From assembly GCF_030384885.1 (NCBI RefSeq), contig NZ_CP128613.1: a stretch of 64,000 nt of DNA; one strand, 5' to 3'. Both the position numbers and the translations under genes were made by a program. Shown here one piece after another: positions 20,297-29,433 of the stretch. The notes under the pieces are model-generated. The model was not told where the DNA came from, did not search any database, and worked only from the letters and a program-made list of their open reading frames with translations. This DNA comes from Escherichia coli. GTDB taxonomy: Bacteria; Pseudomonadota; Gammaproteobacteria; Enterobacterales; Enterobacteriaceae. Within the stretch, counting starts at the first letter, position 1. Every line of letters starts with the position of its first letter.

Positions 20297-20770
20297 TTAT
20301 TTAAAATTAAAGCCATCCGGATGATTTTCCAGGCTGCCGGTCAACGCCGCGAATAGCACCGTTTTACCATCAATCGAAAGCGCATCATTCACATTCAACC
20401 AGGTGAGTTTCTCTTGCGACGTTTTCTCATCAATGGTCGAGAACAGCCCCGTCATCTGATTAGATTTCTCGGACCACATCACAGCGATACGTTGCGAGCC
20501 ACAGTCATGCGGTTTGCACGCGCTCATCACCTGATACGTCTCATCTCCCAACGTTACGGTTTGTGCAGGGGTATAAGTCCCGCCTTTCATCACCCAGGCA
20601 GGCAGCTTATGCCCTTGCACCATCTGATTAAACGCAGCTTTGGTGGTTTCGCCCTTTGCAAGGCTGCTAATGGTTAAATCATCCTGCGCCATTGCACTGG
20701 TGGCGATGACCAGAGCGGCGACTGTTGTTATTGCCTTAAACATCATTCCTCCCGAGCTTATCCTGCCCAT
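20297..20770 (-). CDS. ivy: inhibitor of vertebrate (C-type) lysozyme, periplasmic
   Basis: 157 aa with signal peptide; contains the Ivy loop motif CKPHDC. Confidence 0.85.
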   Translation of the reverse strand: MGRISSGGMMFKAITTVAALVIATSAMAQDDLTISSLAKGETTKAAFNQMVQGHKLPAWVMKGGTYTPAQTVTLGDETYQVMSACKPHDCGSQRIAVMWSEKSNQMTGLFSTIDEKTSQEKLTWLNVNDALSIDGKTVLFAALTGSLENHPDGFNFK

Positions 20771-20923
20771 GTTATTAACCTCCTAAAGCCTGGCGATAAC
20801 ACGATAATTTGCAAATCAGATATTTCCAATATCAGCATTTGTTATCAATTTATTCTGCGCTAAGGCAACTGCCTGATAAGGTGTTAAAGTTATAAAACCC
20901 TTCACATAAAGGAGTTGTACACC

Positions 20924-21694
20924 GTGCCTGGCTTGAAGATTACGCTTTTGCAGCAACCACTGGTGTGGATGGATGGTCCTGCCAACCTGCGCCATTTTGA
21001 TCGTCAACTAGAAGGTATTACCGGGCGCGATGTGATCGTTCTACCGGAGATGTTTACCAGCGGCTTTGCCATGGAAGCGGCAGCTTCGTCGCTAGCACAA
21101 GATGACGTAGTGAACTGGATGACAGCTAAAGCGCAGCAGTGCAATGCGCTGATTGCAGGCAGTGTTGCATTACAAACGGAGTCTGGTTCGGTTAACCGCT
21201 TTTTGCTGGTTGAGCCGGGCGGCACGGTACATTTTTATGATAAGCGTCATCTGTTCCGAATGGCAGATGAGCATCTGCATTATAAAGCGGGCAATGCGCG
21301 AGTGATTGTGGAATGGCGCGGCTGGCGTATTTTGCCGCTGGTGTGCTACGACCTGCGTTTTCCGGTGTGGTCGCGCAATCTCAACGATTATGACCTCGCC
21401 ATCTACGTTGCCAACTGGCCTGCACCGCGCTCTCTGCACTGGCAGGCATTGCTGACGGCCCGCGCGATTGAGAATCAGGCGTATGTGGCGGGATGCAATC
21501 GCGTCGGCAGCGATGGCAACGGCTGCCATTATCGCGGTGACAGCCGGGTGATTAATCCACAGGGCGAGATTATTACTACTGCCGACGCGCATCAGGCAAC
21601 GCGCATTGATGCCGAGTTGTCGATGGCGGTGTTAAGGGAATATAGAGAAAAGTTTCCAGCATGGCGGGATGCGGATGAGTTTAGGTTGTGGTGA
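20924..21694 (+). CDS. yafV: nitrilase-family omega-amidase (2-oxoglutaramate amidase)
   Basis: ORF 20915..21694; GTG start at 20924 preceded by AAAGGAG gives 256 aa; CN-hydrolase fold motifs. Confidence 0.85.
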   Translation: MPGLKITLLQQPLVWMDGPANLRHFDRQLEGITGRDVIVLPEMFTSGFAMEAAASSLAQDDVVNWMTAKAQQCNALIAGSVALQTESGSVNRFLLVEPGGTVHFYDKRHLFRMADEHLHYKAGNARVIVEWRGWRILPLVCYDLRFPVWSRNLNDYDLAIYVANWPAPRSLHWQALLTARAIENQAYVAGCNRVGSDGNGCHYRGDSRVINPQGEIITTADAHQATRIDAELSMAVLREYREKFPAWRDADEFRLW

Positions 21695-21734
21695 GTGGGG
21701 GTTGTGTTTAGGGCCGGGGAGAGTCGGGGTAAGA

Positions 21735-22808
21735 CTACGAAAGCCCGCTCCCAGCAAGGACTGACGCCAGATAGTTTCTGTCCATGGCTGCTTTTCGCAT
21801 CTTACGTCTTAACCCTGCCTTGAATACCTTATCATTCGTTAAAATATTAATAGCGATGTGCCGTATCCCTGAAAATAATTCTGCGGCGTTTCCTCTTCGT
21901 ATTTTGCAGTCGTCTTCATTCATTACCACGTCCAGACGCCAGTGCAGCTTATTCTCCACGTGCCAGTGATTTCGGATCGCTGTGGCGAACTTTTCTGCGG
22001 TTAAATCAGCAGAACTGATATAATATCTGACCGTCATTTCTGGCTCTTTCTTTTGTTCTGCTATTATTGACCGAAAGGAGAATGCCACGCATAATTTCTT
22101 CAGTCCTTTCCATTCAAACGTGAAATCAATAAGTTCATCACGGACATCGCAAACAATATGAAGACGGATTTCTTCTCTGCCGTGACTCTTTTCACTCATT
22201 GCGTAACTGTCATGCTCTGGATTATTTAATTCTTTCAGCGGAAATTTTTCCTCGAAGGCTTTATTTAGCCGCCCCTGGTTTCCTTTTACAGCGAATAAAT
22301 AATCACCTCCCTGTTTTTGTATCTTCTCTGCAATATCTTTCTGGCAACCCATCGCATCAGTTGTGATGATTTTTCCTTTAATATCCAGAATGTTAAGAAG
22401 TTCTGGGATAGCTGTAATCTCATTGGATTTCTCATCCGTCCTGATCTGTCCGATGACCAGACTGTGCATTGTTGAGAATGCACTAATGACATGAATCGCT
22501 CCCCTGCGGCGACTCTTGTCATAAGAATGCCGGAGTGTTTTTCCATCAATTGCGATGACGTCTTTATCATCTGAAGTATGGCAATCTCGCATCCAGTTAA
22601 TAAAGCACTCGTGAAATTTTGAAGGACTGATACAGGATACAACTCTGGCGATGGTATCGTGAACAGGAATACCATTTTCAAAATCACCATATTGTTTTAA
22701 AAAATCGCGATGTGCTTCCCCAAACTCCTCTATATGTTCCCAGCCTTCTGCACCAGAAATAACGGCACAAATAGTCAACAGTAGAATATCCGACAATTTA
22801 TGTTTCAC
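21735..22808 (-). CDS. H-repeat-associated protein (ISAs1-family transposase-like); N-terminus apparently frameshifted
   Basis: 357 aa ORF starting at GTG; an ATG with strong SD (AAGGAG) at 22872 opens a 24-codon ORF ([24 protein letters not shown]) in another frame that stops at the start of the long ORF. Confidence 0.8.
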   Translation of the reverse strand: MKHKLSDILLLTICAVISGAEGWEHIEEFGEAHRDFLKQYGDFENGIPVHDTIARVVSCISPSKFHECFINWMRDCHTSDDKDVIAIDGKTLRHSYDKSRRRGAIHVISAFSTMHSLVIGQIRTDEKSNEITAIPELLNILDIKGKIITTDAMGCQKDIAEKIQKQGGDYLFAVKGNQGRLNKAFEEKFPLKELNNPEHDSYAMSEKSHGREEIRLHIVCDVRDELIDFTFEWKGLKKLCVAFSFRSIIAEQKKEPEMTVRYYISSADLTAEKFATAIRNHWHVENKLHWRLDVVMNEDDCKIRRGNAAELFSGIRHIAINILTNDKVFKAGLRRKMRKAAMDRNYLASVLAGSGLS

Positions 22809-22999
22809 TTTTGCAGGATTGTCTGTAATCGGGAATAACAGAAATATGTTCCATCAATTTTTTAAGTTCCATTCTTTTCTCCTTAATTATGTAAGGAGTA
22901 TTTGATCATGTATAAGCAATAAAAAAACAGCTTCAGGCAATGAGGAATATCTCAATTTTTAAACATAAAATGCGAATTGTTTAGTACAAAAAAGCAGCG

Positions 23000-24889
23000 T
23001 TAAGTGAGTAGGCCACCGGAACCTCCCCGACAGCCTCTCGCAGAACCGTACGTGAAACTCTCGCTTCATACGGCTCCCGTCAGGCAAACGCGCTTCCTGG
23101 TCCTGCTTTCCAGTGGGCAAACAACTCCGGCTTCTCTTTTGACAGCCTTTCCATTAGCTGACACGCCTTCGTCTTTCTATACCGCAGGGTTTTATATTTC
23201 TTTCTCGCCCACGCAATCAGCGTCAGATTAATATATCTGCATACTTTCTTCATCGCTGATTTGTGGTATCTCGCGTAATAATTCAGCCACCCCGATATTA
23301 TCGGATTCAGCCACTTCGCAATATCTTCGAGACTCATCTCCACCCTGCGTCTGATCCACAGTTTCCTGAGTTTTCCAATCATGCCTTTCTGCGCACGGTT
23401 ACTCGCCGCCGGGCTGAAACTCGTAAAGAGGTTTCCCCGCCGGTGGTTACGTGCTCTTCGCGCTCTGAACGTATACCCCAGAAAATCAAACTGCACTGTT
23501 TCATGGTTCGCCTGTCGTTCGCTGTCTTTGCAGTAAACTATTTTCGTTTTCTCCGGATGTAATTCCAGTCCACATTCCTGAAAACGTTTTGCCAGCTTAT
23601 TCAGTAATTCCTCTGCCTGTTGTTTACTGCCACAATGAATTAATCCATCATCTGCATAACGGCACCAGGGAATTTCCGGATAATGTAACGTCAGCCATTT
23701 ATCAAACACATAGTGCAGAAATAAATTCGCCAGTACCGGGCTGATGACTCCACCCTGTGGCGTACCTTTATTTCTTTCCTTCAGTGTTCCATCCGGCATC
23801 TGCACCGGCGCTGTCAGCCACCGGCGAATAGACAGTCTTACCCATTTATCCGCACAATGTTTATCCACTGCCCTGAGTAATAAATCGTGGGGGATATTAT
23901 CGAATAACCCTTTAATATCAAACTCAAGACACCAGTCGTATTGCCAGCAACGTTTTCTGGTGACTGCTATTGCATCCAGCGCTGATTTTCCATGCCGGTA
24001 TCCGTATGAATCATTCAGGAAATAACGCTCCACTAATGGTTCAAACGTTACCAGCACCGTCATCTGCGCTATTCGATCGCTTACTGTCGGTATTCCTAAA
24101 AGTCTTTTGCTGCCATCCTTCTTCGGAATTTCCACCGCACGCACTGGCGGCGGCATCCAGCTTCCCGACGATAACCTGTTCCAGATTTTGTACAGATTTC
24201 CTTTCAGATCCCGCTCAAAATCTTTCAGCGTCTGGTTATCCACTCCGGCAGCTCCGGCATTCGCCTTTATCCGCCGGTACGCTTCCACCACATGCAATTT
24301 ACTGACCTGAAACGGTTTTGTCTGTTCACACACAGCCTCCTCCTGCCTACAGTTGGGCTGTGATGCAGACTGCCCGACGCTGTCCCTTCGCTCCACGTTC
24401 ATTACAAACGCTTCCTCACTACTACGAACAGCTCTGCCCCGGTTTCGCACATCGATACTCTCATACTCATAATTTCGGTTATTTGTATTTCTCTCTTGAC
24501 ATTGCGACGACCGGTTCCCGTAGTTCCTGCAAAGAGCCCGATACAGCGTCATGCCTGCTATACACCGGACATCATTCACGCAGCATTCGGAATTCACCCG
24601 TAAATTAATCCCGGCGGTATCACGAAACCTCCGGTTTTGATGTCACTTAGGACTAACGACGTTTCAACACAGGTTCGGGTTTACTCATCTCACTGTATCT
24701 CACATAGGATCAGATCTCGTCTGATCGTTCCCCCTGCGCTCACTACCATGGCTCTTTACCACAGCAGCCGGGGTTGTTTGGGACCGACTTCCGACAGCAG
24801 ATCCCGGTGGGCCTGCCACCATCTCTTCACAAGCTTATGCTTATTACATGCAAAACGTCCCGTTTTGCATCTTTGTGCCTACGGCACAC
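23000..24889 (-). mobile_element. group II intron (approximate boundaries), carrying an intron-encoded protein
   Basis: Minus strand: candidate 5' end GUGUG at 24889; domain V GAGCCGTATGAAGCGAGAGTTTCACGTACGGTTC at 23078..23041 immediately after the IEP stop; 3' end not precisely mapped. Confidence 0.6.
23080..24402 (-). CDS. group II intron reverse transcriptase/maturase, no endonuclease domain
   Basis: ORF 23080..24597 trimmed to MNVERRD; RT motifs including YADD (CRYADDGLIHC) and a maturase (X) domain; ends without an HNH region. Confidence 0.85.
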   Translation of the reverse strand: MNVERRDSVGQSASQPNCRQEEAVCEQTKPFQVSKLHVVEAYRRIKANAGAAGVDNQTLKDFERDLKGNLYKIWNRLSSGSWMPPPVRAVEIPKKDGSKRLLGIPTVSDRIAQMTVLVTFEPLVERYFLNDSYGYRHGKSALDAIAVTRKRCWQYDWCLEFDIKGLFDNIPHDLLLRAVDKHCADKWVRLSIRRWLTAPVQMPDGTLKERNKGTPQGGVISPVLANLFLHYVFDKWLTLHYPEIPWCRYADDGLIHCGSKQQAEELLNKLAKRFQECGLELHPEKTKIVYCKDSERQANHETVQFDFLGYTFRARRARNHRRGNLFTSFSPAASNRAQKGMIGKLRKLWIRRRVEMSLEDIAKWLNPIISGWLNYYARYHKSAMKKVCRYINLTLIAWARKKYKTLRYRKTKACQLMERLSKEKPELFAHWKAGPGSAFA

Positions 24890-25138
24890 CGTGATCTTTC
24901 CCTAGCATATCGCCCTGACGCGCCGCTGGTTTTACGCTCATGGTATCTCCTTAAATTATTTTGGGCTGTATTCTGGCACCATAGACTCTGATTTATCACC
25001 AATACTCAAAACACCATTAATCAGAAAAATCAGCATCTACATATAATTAATTAGAATAATTCAATAAATTATTTTTCTGCCATTATTGACTTGGCTTTTT
25101 ATTGAATGAAATAAAAGAAAAAATCATCACCTAAAAAT

Positions 25139-25756
25139 TTAGTAGACGTTTCTTGTTACTATATGCGCATCATCAACCAAACGCCCGGAACTATCTGTTT
25201 CCTCATGATCAGATACACACATTTCTGGTGCATATCCTGAAAAATCAGAAGTCGCATTCGGATAATTTGTGACATCTAATCTTAATTTAAAACTATATAT
25301 CTCCCAAAATAATTCAGGAGATCTTTCAGGCAAAAAATCATAAATATCAATAAGTATCTTCATCCCCCTTACACGGAACTCCCTCCTGTGTCCATATAAC
25401 GGATGATCTTTACATCCACCAATGATTTGGGACAGAAAAAATCTTGCTCGTGTTTCTGTTACTCCCCAATTAGCAACAGGTTGAAAAATTTCAGAACCAT
25501 CTTTCACACTAAAAAATTTACATTGGTAAAAGCCTGAAAACGTACCATATTCTCCAATATATTTTTCTGATTCATTATAATCCATGCAAACAAAAACATA
25601 TTCAATATCTCCATTTTTTGCCATAACATCATGGATAATAAATGGATTGTTTTGTGATACAGAGAAAATACTATGTACGTTCTGCACTTCAACATTTAAA
25701 GCCCATATATCACTGGGAAAGAAAATCAAACATATCAAATACAACCAAAATTTCAT
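25139..25756 (-). CDS. putative immunity protein for the upstream Rhs C-terminal toxin
   Basis: 205 aa, low GC, hydrophobic N-terminus; start overlaps the Rhs stop (TAATG); the usual position of rhsI genes. Confidence 0.45.
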   Translation of the reverse strand: MKFWLYLICLIFFPSDIWALNVEVQNVHSIFSVSQNNPFIIHDVMAKNGDIEYVFVCMDYNESEKYIGEYGTFSGFYQCKFFSVKDGSEIFQPVANWGVTETRARFFLSQIIGGCKDHPLYGHRREFRVRGMKILIDIYDFLPERSPELFWEIYSFKLRLDVTNYPNATSDFSGYAPEMCVSDHEETDSSGRLVDDAHIVTRNVY

Positions 25757-26748
25757 TATTGCGTACCACTCGGACAACTCATATCATCAGGTATAGTAAT
25801 TATTACATCTTGAATGCCCATATCCTTCTCTAGCCCTGGTATTTCAAGAATCAACTTTCCGGGATTTTTATCCATTAACTTTTGCTGAGGGTTTATATTA
25901 TTTCTACGCAAAGCCGAATCATCAACGATGTCCCTGACACAACTAAACAGCTGAGTACCATCAGCTTTTAATTTTCCGCTAATAGAATTTATTTTATTTC
26001 TGGCAGATGGTTTATCCCTAAATCCCCATTGAGAAGGGATAATTGCTGTCGAGTCAGTTGTTACTCCGTATTTATCCAAATTTGAAGGACTAGTGTTATA
26101 TCCACCACCTTTCCCAACTAGTCTCGAATTTCCTTGTAATACTCGTGCGCTGCCTATACATTCTTTTAACCCCAAAGGATCTATATACCCCACAGGATCC
26201 AGCGGATACGCATACAGGTTCCAGCCCCCCTTCAGCCCTATCGGATCCTGGGTAATATACCTCCCCTGCAACGGGTCATAGTACCGGTGATGGTTGTAAT
26301 ACAGTCCCGACTCCTCATCATACTGCTGCCCCGGCAGACGGAGTGACTGTTGCAGGTGCAGCGTGCTTTCCTCTCCCAGCAGGTTTCCCCACTCGTCATA
26401 CTCCCCCTGCCACGCCGTTTCCCCTTCCGGGCTGATGAGCGCCTGCGGCAGCCCACGGTGGTCACAGTGGTAAAGATGAAGTTTCCTCTCCGGGATGTAT
26501 TCCGCCTCCATCTGCGCCGCCATCTGTTCCGCCGTCAGCCCGCACTGCGCAAGCCACTGCTGGCTTTCCTCACTCACCGCGCCCGTGCGCAGCTCCCGCT
26601 CCAGCCTTCCCAGCATCACCGCCAGCTCCGCCGGTAGCGTCACCCCCGTGTCCTCCTGCAACATCTCCGCCAGGCTATCCTGCATCGCCGTCTGGCCGGA
26701 AAGCCTGCAACAGCAGCAGGCTACGACACAATGGAATGAAGCACTCAA
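25756..26748 (-). CDS. orphan Rhs fragment: C-terminal part of Rhs core plus variable toxin tip
   Basis: Contains the Rhs core end [52 protein letters not shown] followed by ~139 aa of low-GC unrelated sequence; the large N-terminal Rhs body is absent. Confidence 0.8.
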   Translation of the reverse strand: MSASFHCVVACCCCRLSGQTAMQDSLAEMLQEDTGVTLPAELAVMLGRLERELRTGAVSEESQQWLAQCGLTAEQMAAQMEAEYIPERKLHLYHCDHRGLPQALISPEGETAWQGEYDEWGNLLGEESTLHLQQSLRLPGQQYDEESGLYYNHHRYYDPLQGRYITQDPIGLKGGWNLYAYPLDPVGYIDPLGLKECIGSARVLQGNSRLVGKGGGYNTSPSNLDKYGVTTDSTAIIPSQWGFRDKPSARNKINSISGKLKADGTQLFSCVRDIVDDSALRRNNINPQQKLMDKNPGKLILEIPGLEKDMGIQDVIITIPDDMSCPSGTQ

Positions 26749-27079
26749 AACCCGCGCACAGAGTAGCCCACAGTTGCGTGGCTGGTTGCAGACCCGCCAG
26801 GACTTACATGCTTTTGCAGATCTCGTGATGCAGCGCGAGAAAGAGGGATTAACCCTTTCCTATATCAAAAATGTCATCTGGCAGGCGGAGCGGGGGCTGG
26901 GGCAGGAAACGCCTGTGGAATCTCTGCTGACGCAGTACCAGGATGCCCGTGCGCAGAAGCAGAATACAGATGCGCTGGAAAAACAGATTAACGAGCGGAT
27001 GGACGGCGTGTTAAGTCGCTGGCTGCTGCTGAAGAATAATACGATACCGACGATAAAAAAAGACATTGAATTTCAATAA
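26705..27079 (+). pseudogene. 3' remnant of an unidentified gene, abutting the truncated Rhs fragment head-to-head
   Basis: ORF 26495..27079; only the part beyond ~26705 has plausible coding character, the upstream part is antisense to the Rhs core. Confidence 0.3.
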
Positions 27080-27105
27080 CATTCATGAATACAAAGGAGC
27101 TTTAA

Positions 27106-27585
27106 ATGGCGAATTTAATTTATTTAACACTAAATGGTGATAATCAAGGGCTCATTTCAAGTGGTTGTTCATCACAACCATCCATTGGAAATAAAGCTCA
27201 AACAGCACACATTGATCAAATTATGATTTATGAATTCATGCATGGATTAAATCGAGATCAAAACGTCAACCATCATCATTTGACAATAAAAAAACCTATA
27301 GATAAAGCATCACCCTTATTAGGCAAAGCAATTTGCGACAATGAATTATTGACATGTGATTTTTCCTTTTATCGTACAAATAAATTTGGAATTAATGAAC
27401 TGTACTATAAAATCAAATTAACTGGAGCAAAGATAAGCGACATTCATGTCTCTATATCACATATTGTTGTTGATAACAGCGTTCAACCCGAAGAGTCAGT
27501 TTCTTTCAGTTATGAGTCAATTATATGGGAGCATTGTTCCGCTGGCACTAGTGCATACAGTTTATGGGAAGATCGTCTTTTTTAA
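27106..27585 (+). CDS. hcp: Hcp-family protein (type VI secretion tube/effector-carrier)
   Basis: 159 aa; Hcp-like pattern LIYLTLNGD..HHHLTIKKPIDKASPLLGKAI..SVSFSYESIIWEH; SD AAAGGAG upstream. Confidence 0.8.
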   Translation: MANLIYLTLNGDNQGLISSGCSSQPSIGNKAQTAHIDQIMIYEFMHGLNRDQNVNHHHLTIKKPIDKASPLLGKAICDNELLTCDFSFYRTNKFGINELYYKIKLTGAKISDIHVSISHIVVDNSVQPEESVSFSYESIIWEHCSAGTSAYSLWEDRLF

Positions 27586-27605
27586 AAATATCTGGGATTA
27601 TTATA

Positions 27606-28502
27606 ATGGCTAACAATATTTTACACTCTTCAACATCAGACAGTGAAAACAAAAATACAAGCACTGACAGTACGTTATTTAATGAAAAATTCCCATTTCA
27701 ACTAAGGCAAGATTTCGCATCAAGAATAACAGAAGATGAAAGTGATTTTTTTAAATGGAAAAAAATAAGAGAGTTGGCATTTGTGAGCAATCATAAAGAA
27801 TGGAATAAATATGACTTATTAATTTTAAAATCTGTTAATGAAATCAACATTCATTTGTCCAGCACTCCATACTTTCAGCCGTTGGATTGGTATATAATAA
27901 AAGCCATGCTCTGGACTGAAAACGATGCGGCAAATACTTCTCAGTGGAATGGTTATCCATTACAAATTGGTCGTTTTCGGAAAGATAAAGCGATGCCTGC
28001 TTTAATTTCTGGAGAAAAATCCACAGCCCTTGTTACCCCCCCACAATGGAGAAACAAAGCATTCAATGGGTTAAAAGATCCAGAAAGAAATTACTGGGCA
28101 AAAGAACAAATAACTGGCTCTCCAGAAGAGAATATCAAAGCAGCAATTACTTACTTAATGATGAAACTTTCTAATACAAAGGAAGAGTCAACTATCGTTC
28201 AATATGACTCAACTCTATATAGCACCATTGTCCAAAAAGGCGATTTGGCTGACAACATCAGAAAAGAGAGAAAAACGACCATACCTAACTTAACGAAAAA
28301 CAACCCTGGAAAAAATCTCGATAAAATACACCCGGGAGATATTTTATATTATCAAAAAGCATCCATGAAAGTAATAATTACTGGATGGAAACCTATCACA
28401 ATAAAAAATGTAGCGATGAATTATAATGGTGGTGGAGATCCCAAGTATGCAATAAAACTTCAGTTCGTTTATACATTGCTCACAAAAAACAGAGTGTTAT
28501 AA
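27606..28502 (+). CDS. candidate Hcp-linked effector: cysteine-free protein with putative lysozyme-like region and C-terminal LysM-like segment
   Basis: ORF 27564..28502 trimmed to MANNILHSS (298 aa); no signal peptide, no Cys; segment WTENDAANTSQWNGYPLQIGRF and TIVQKGDLADNI..IHPGDILYY; family assignment tentative. Confidence 0.4.
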   Translation: MANNILHSSTSDSENKNTSTDSTLFNEKFPFQLRQDFASRITEDESDFFKWKKIRELAFVSNHKEWNKYDLLILKSVNEINIHLSSTPYFQPLDWYIIKAMLWTENDAANTSQWNGYPLQIGRFRKDKAMPALISGEKSTALVTPPQWRNKAFNGLKDPERNYWAKEQITGSPEENIKAAITYLMMKLSNTKEESTIVQYDSTLYSTIVQKGDLADNIRKERKTTIPNLTKNNPGKNLDKIHPGDILYYQKASMKVIITGWKPITIKNVAMNYNGGGDPKYAIKLQFVYTLLTKNRVL

Positions 28503-28504
28503 GA

Positions 28505-28954
28505 ATGGGAAAAATAACAATTATTCTACTGCTTACATTCTCATGTACAAAAGGTCTGGCATTTGACATTTCCATGTCTAAAGAATGTAGTGGCGTTGAT
28601 GAACTTGAATTTGTTGATTGTGTTAAAAACTCATTTATTATGAGCACTATTACACTTAAAAAAGCAGAAGTAAATATAAAAGAGAAAATTAAAAAATGGA
28701 ATAACGATGAGGACGAAGCAATAAGAAAAGAAGCAGTTATTTCTTTAAAAAGACTAGAATCTTCTAATCGGGAATTTATACGTTACAGATTTGCTCAATG
28801 CTCTTTTGCTCTAACCTGGGGGGCCAGAGTAGGACGTCTGGCATTCTCTCGACTATATCCATGCTATACTGAGTTAAACAAAATTAGAGCCATGCAACTA
28901 AACAATGCTTTCATTTCAGATTTTCAAAACCCAGATGAGATATCCAGCAAATGA
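28505..28954 (+). CDS. secreted small protein, candidate immunity protein (DUF1311/LprI lysozyme-inhibitor-like pattern)
   Basis: 149 aa; Sec-type signal peptide MGKITIILLLTFSCTKGLA; conserved-Cys pattern with REFIRYRFAQC. Confidence 0.4.
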   Translation: MGKITIILLLTFSCTKGLAFDISMSKECSGVDELEFVDCVKNSFIMSTITLKKAEVNIKEKIKKWNNDEDEAIRKEAVISLKRLESSNREFIRYRFAQCSFALTWGARVGRLAFSRLYPCYTELNKIRAMQLNNAFISDFQNPDEISSK

Positions 28955-29307
28955 TTATTATAAAATTAAGATTAACATTACTATTTATACTGGCCACAAT
29001 TACATATTCAGTACAATCAGACGAATTCGATGATCAAACCACTTACACGAAATACCGTTATTTTTCCACAGCCATACCAGAAGATATACGTAGATTTATG
29101 TTCTACGTAGATTATTGCTTTGTAGATTTAGCATTCGATATCGAAACTGACTCAATGACAGCTAAAAATGATATTATTAATGAATGTACTCCATTAAAAG
29201 AAAGAAACAAAACATTAAAAGAAAAATATAAAAAAGATGAAGAGATAATAGCAATTCTTTCCATTGCAGATGATACCATTTTAATTTATGAAGAATTAAA
29301 AAAATAA
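28951..29307 (+). CDS. secreted small protein, second candidate immunity protein
   Basis: 118 aa; signal peptide MIIIKLRLTLLFILATITYSVQS; 4-nt overlap with the upstream gene; very AT-rich. Confidence 0.35.
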   Translation: MIIIKLRLTLLFILATITYSVQSDEFDDQTTYTKYRYFSTAIPEDIRRFMFYVDYCFVDLAFDIETDSMTAKNDIINECTPLKERNKTLKEKYKKDEEIIAILSIADDTILIYEELKK

Positions 29308-29433
29308 CTCACATGCAATTCACTGGCAATATATATTATAATTTTATAAAAAAAATAATATTTACATTATAGAAATACTCAGCTCCTGTTTGCTGCCCGC
29401 CCTAAACTACAGGCGGCAGCATAACAATAACGA

